The notes below the pieces were generated by a model, which was not told the origin of the DNA, made no database searches, and saw only the letters and a program-made list of their open reading frames with translations. 64,000 nt of DNA from Chrysomallon squamiferum (taxonomy: Eukaryota; Animalia; Mollusca): NCBI GenBank assembly GCA_012295275.1, contig CM022671.1, forward strand, positions 1,860,001-1,924,000, given 5' to 3'. The position numbers were made by a program, and so were the translations under genes. Shown here one piece after another: positions 60,502-64,000 of the stretch; position 1 is the first letter of the stretch; every line of letters starts with the position of its first letter.

Positions 60502-61915
60502 CTTCTGGATCTGCAGTTGTCTGAGCCTGTTTCATACCAGGAAGGCCCAGTTCAATATCATCAATGTCCAGTCTCATTGGACCAATAGCTGCACCACTGT
60601 CAGTGACCAGATAAAACAGATAAATATCCCCCCCTGCATATTCCTCCTCGATGTTAAACTCATCCAGGTGGTCGAGGATTTCGTCATCCTTCTTTCTTCT
60701 CTCACTTTCACTGGACGTGTTGCGCGACGTCTGTGACGATGATGAGTGCTGCTGTGAGCCTGACCTTGTTTTCAGTACGTACTCTGTTTTCCCATCCATC
60801 ATGGAGACTCGTGGATCCCACGTCAGTCCCGCTTTCAGCAGGGGGTACTCACTGTTTTCACCTGAGTGCAGCCGTCCTTTCTGCTCCAGGTAATGTTTCG
60901 CACTGAGTTCCTTCAGGTCGGCCGTGTCGAAATAACGTTTCTTTTCACTGTCCTTCTTCTCGCCTGACTGAACAAATCCCGGACACTTGTCCACTGTCCC
61001 CTGGGTCAGGTGATCAGGTCTTCGCTTGTGTGTGTCGGCTTTGTTTACATCGCGACCTGCTACTGGGGCAGACGTGCGTCTGTTCTGTACTAAGTTTGGG
61101 TTGTACAGCTTAGGCTGGGGTTTTGTGTCAGGTGAGTGGTGAGTGTTTGTTGTGTCAGCTCTGCTAGGTGAGTGGTGAGTGTTTGTTTTATTATCTCTCT
61201 GGGGTGAGTCAGGGGAGTCGTCTGACTGGTCACCGTCAACTGTTAGAGGACTTGTCACCTGGATTCCCCTCTCACATATCGGCTTGAACTTGTCAGCTTC
61301 CTCGTTGTTCAGGTAACTTCTGCTGTTTTTCTGTTCGCTGGGTGGAGTGTGGGGCTGGGCTTTCACAAAGTGGGGCTCGGTGTAGGTGTTTGTAGAAGCG
61401 TTGGTTGTCTTAGGGTCACACTCCTTGTCAGACACGCGGGGATCTGTTCCCACATTCACAGTCTTTGGTTCTTCCACATCAGCCTTCTCCTTCAGAGCTA
61501 GTGGCTCCTTGTAATCATCAAGTCCCCAGTCAAGATCACCAAACCCAATCTTGTCTTTGTAAGTTGTCAGAGGTCTGGCTTTTCTCTGTCTTCTCTTTAG
61601 TTCAGAAGCTCTGATTAATGACTTTGATCTGCTTAAGCGTCCAGGGATTGAAATATCATCTGGCTCTGGTGAAAACATAAAACCATCTTCACCAAATATG
61701 AGACCAGTGGGAGGGTAGTAGTCACTCTTCTTTTTATCCAGGCTTTTCCGAGGATACAGGACTTTCGGGTACGATTGACCATAACTGGGTTCTATGAAGT
61801 CATACTGGCCTGGGTAGACGAACTCTGGGTACACTGACTGACCACTGTGAACTGGCTTCCTGGCTCCAAAGTCCCAGTGAACAGTCTGAGAGTGTGTTTG
61901 AGTGAAAAACGACAT
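60502..61915 (-). CDS. Large first coding exon (471 aa, uncharacterised, largely low-complexity); probable alternative N-terminus of the KIF12-like gene
   Basis: 1414-nt open frame that is much more GC-rich than its flanks. Two in-frame TGA stops lie just before the ATG at 61915. Composition drops to intron-like at the donor GAAG|GTAAAT (60502/60501). Phase 1 matches the acceptor of kinesin exon 56386-56228. Confidence 0.75.
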
Positions 61916-62699
61916 AATTTCTCATCAACACATTAAATGAGGCTTGGCAAAAAGTAAAAATCAATGTAAATCTCAGTGAGTTATTCCAGCTAGTTAGTCC
62001 AGCAGTAAGAACCTGACACCAGTGTTTTGATTTAAAACAAGGTTTTTGTAGCTGACATTGTGAACTGTAATGGTGATAAATATTATCAATGGCTATTTCA
62101 CAGTCACTGGACCAAACCACTCAAGTTGTTCAGTTCTCTTTTCTCCCTATTGATATGCATTGATTATGGCACAGAAATCAATCACAGTATTACCATTTGT
62201 CATAACCTTCTCTGTTACCAGTGCACAGAGTCAGGTTTCTTCTTTAAGTTTATTTTTAATATATAAAGTATGTTTCATAAATCAGTTTACTTTTTATTAA
62301 TGACCACTTCAGTCATTAGAACTGGATTTTCTTTTTCAAACTTCTTTTTTTTTTTATCAGTAAATGGTATGTTGTACAAACAATTTTTCTTTTCTACTGA
62401 AATATTATATGTCAAACATAAAGACATCTGAACCTATATGACAAAAATTCATAAAAAGATTTTAAAACTAATTTAATATTTTTCACATCTCCTTTAAATA
62501 AAATAGGTTGAATTATTAATAACTATAAATATTCCCTGTTTAAAACTTTTTGATTGTTGCTTTATTAACAAATCAAAATATGAAGCCTATAAACTTTGAA
62601 TGTAATTTTTATAAAATATAAATATTTATTAATTTTCCTCCAGTCAGGTTAATTTATAATCTTCATCCAGGAAACAAATTATAGAAAATATTAAAATCC

Positions 62700-62840
62700 A
62701 GTGACTTATAAATTTAAAATTTCTAAATCCTTGAGTGAAAATTTTAAAATTAAATCCTTCAGTGAAAATTTTAAAATCAAATCCTGCAGTAAGAATATTA
62801 ACTTGAATCCATTAGTGTGAATACTAAAATCAAATCCTCA
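62700..62840. repeat. Degenerate ~27-bp tandem repeat
   Basis: Recurring AAATCCTTCAGTGAAAATTTTAAAAT. Confidence 0.65.
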
Positions 62841-64000
62841 GATTAGAAACATAATCCAAAAATGGTAATCTCCAAACATAACATTTCATTCTGAATTCAA
62901 AACTTTTACAATAAAATATTAAAAGAAAAAACTGACAGAATGTACTAATCCTGCAGTGGAAACCTGAATAATCTAGTTACAAAGAACCTGTTTAATCCTT
63001 TCATCCTGAATGAGCAGAATCTGTGTATTGACATCACTCATTACTCTTTATCCAGACATCTCAGTTTAAACCTGTAAATGAATTCAGCTGTAACCACACA
63101 CACTAACTAAATACCAAACACCAGGAATGAAGATGTTACACACGTTTTGATTACACATCTCTCCCACTGAGTTACATTTTAAACAGTTACGTAAGAAAAA
63201 CATAGGACTACTTTAAGTTTAAATTATCATTTTGTCCAGTAGTTAGAAAACACAACTTCCAACTCCACCCAACAACTGAGTTACTGAGTGACACAACAAC
63301 TGAGTTACTGAGTGACACAAGACACAAACATTTAGCAAAGTTTTATTGCTATCAACCAGCCAAAGTCATCAAAACACGCCAGACATGATTGTTCTGTGAA
63401 TAGAAGTGTGAGCAAAGCTTTCTAACTTGATATCTGTCTAGCACAATACAATCACCTTGGATGTGCTTTTCTCAATTGAAGGTATGTACTTTATACCAAA
63501 TCTGTTGAAAACATGTATGGTTCTGTCACTTTCATACAGATACCCTTTTGGGTTTACCACTTTACAAGCATAAAATGAAACTAAAAGAATAATATGGTTA
63601 TTATCCTTATAAAATATATTTTTTAATTCATAATCTAATCTAACAGACACCCCCCTTTTTACAAGAATTTAAAAAATAGAAATGAAAGGCTTTATGAATA
63701 ATATTCTGATATAATAGATTTCTGTGTTCAGAATCTAATAGAAATTTTGTTTTCTCACCTGTCACTCTCTTGAATACTTTATAAATGTGACTTAATAAGT
63801 TACCTTCTCATTTATAACATGCATTATCATTGTGTTAAAGTTAAATGATGCTATCACTAGAGTTGTTACTCTCAAATACAACTGATGAAAAACACTTCTT
63901 GTAATACTCATCGTGATCACTGTTTTTAATTCTATAAAAAAATATTCAATCCTTTGACTAGATATTGAAAAAGTTAAACACACACACACACACACACACA

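Noticed and set aside
61800-62120. 106-aa minus-strand ORF overlapping the start of the large exon
   Set aside because: Different frame, no motifs; probably incidental.

Overview
AT-rich, microsatellite-laden eukaryotic DNA, probably from an invertebrate animal (mollusc-like; the taxon is my inference). It holds three spliced protein-coding genes, which I assembled by hand from GT-AG junctions and codon phase. (1) ABCA3-like lipid transporter A on the minus strand (CDS 15920->3346, 19 coding exons, 1685 aa). (2) Its paralog B on the plus strand (22310->35982, 19 coding exons, 1685 aa). A and B sit head-to-head as an inverted duplication around a ~6.3 kb spacer, and their sequences alternate between near-identical tracts (including introns) and strongly diverged extracellular-domain exons, which points to gene conversion. 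(3) A KIF12-like kinesin on the minus strand (13 exons, 56386->39709). Only the C-terminal half of its motor domain is in the window. Upstream of it lies a 1414-nt first coding exon (61915->60502) encoding 471 aa with no recognisable kinesin similarity. Its donor is in phase with the switch-I exon, which predicts a kinesin isoform with no P-loop. The window also contains an RTE LINE fragment, a decayed Tc1/mariner transposon and many intronic tandem repeats, several built from splice-signal-like units. No rRNA, tRNA or CRISPR features were seen.
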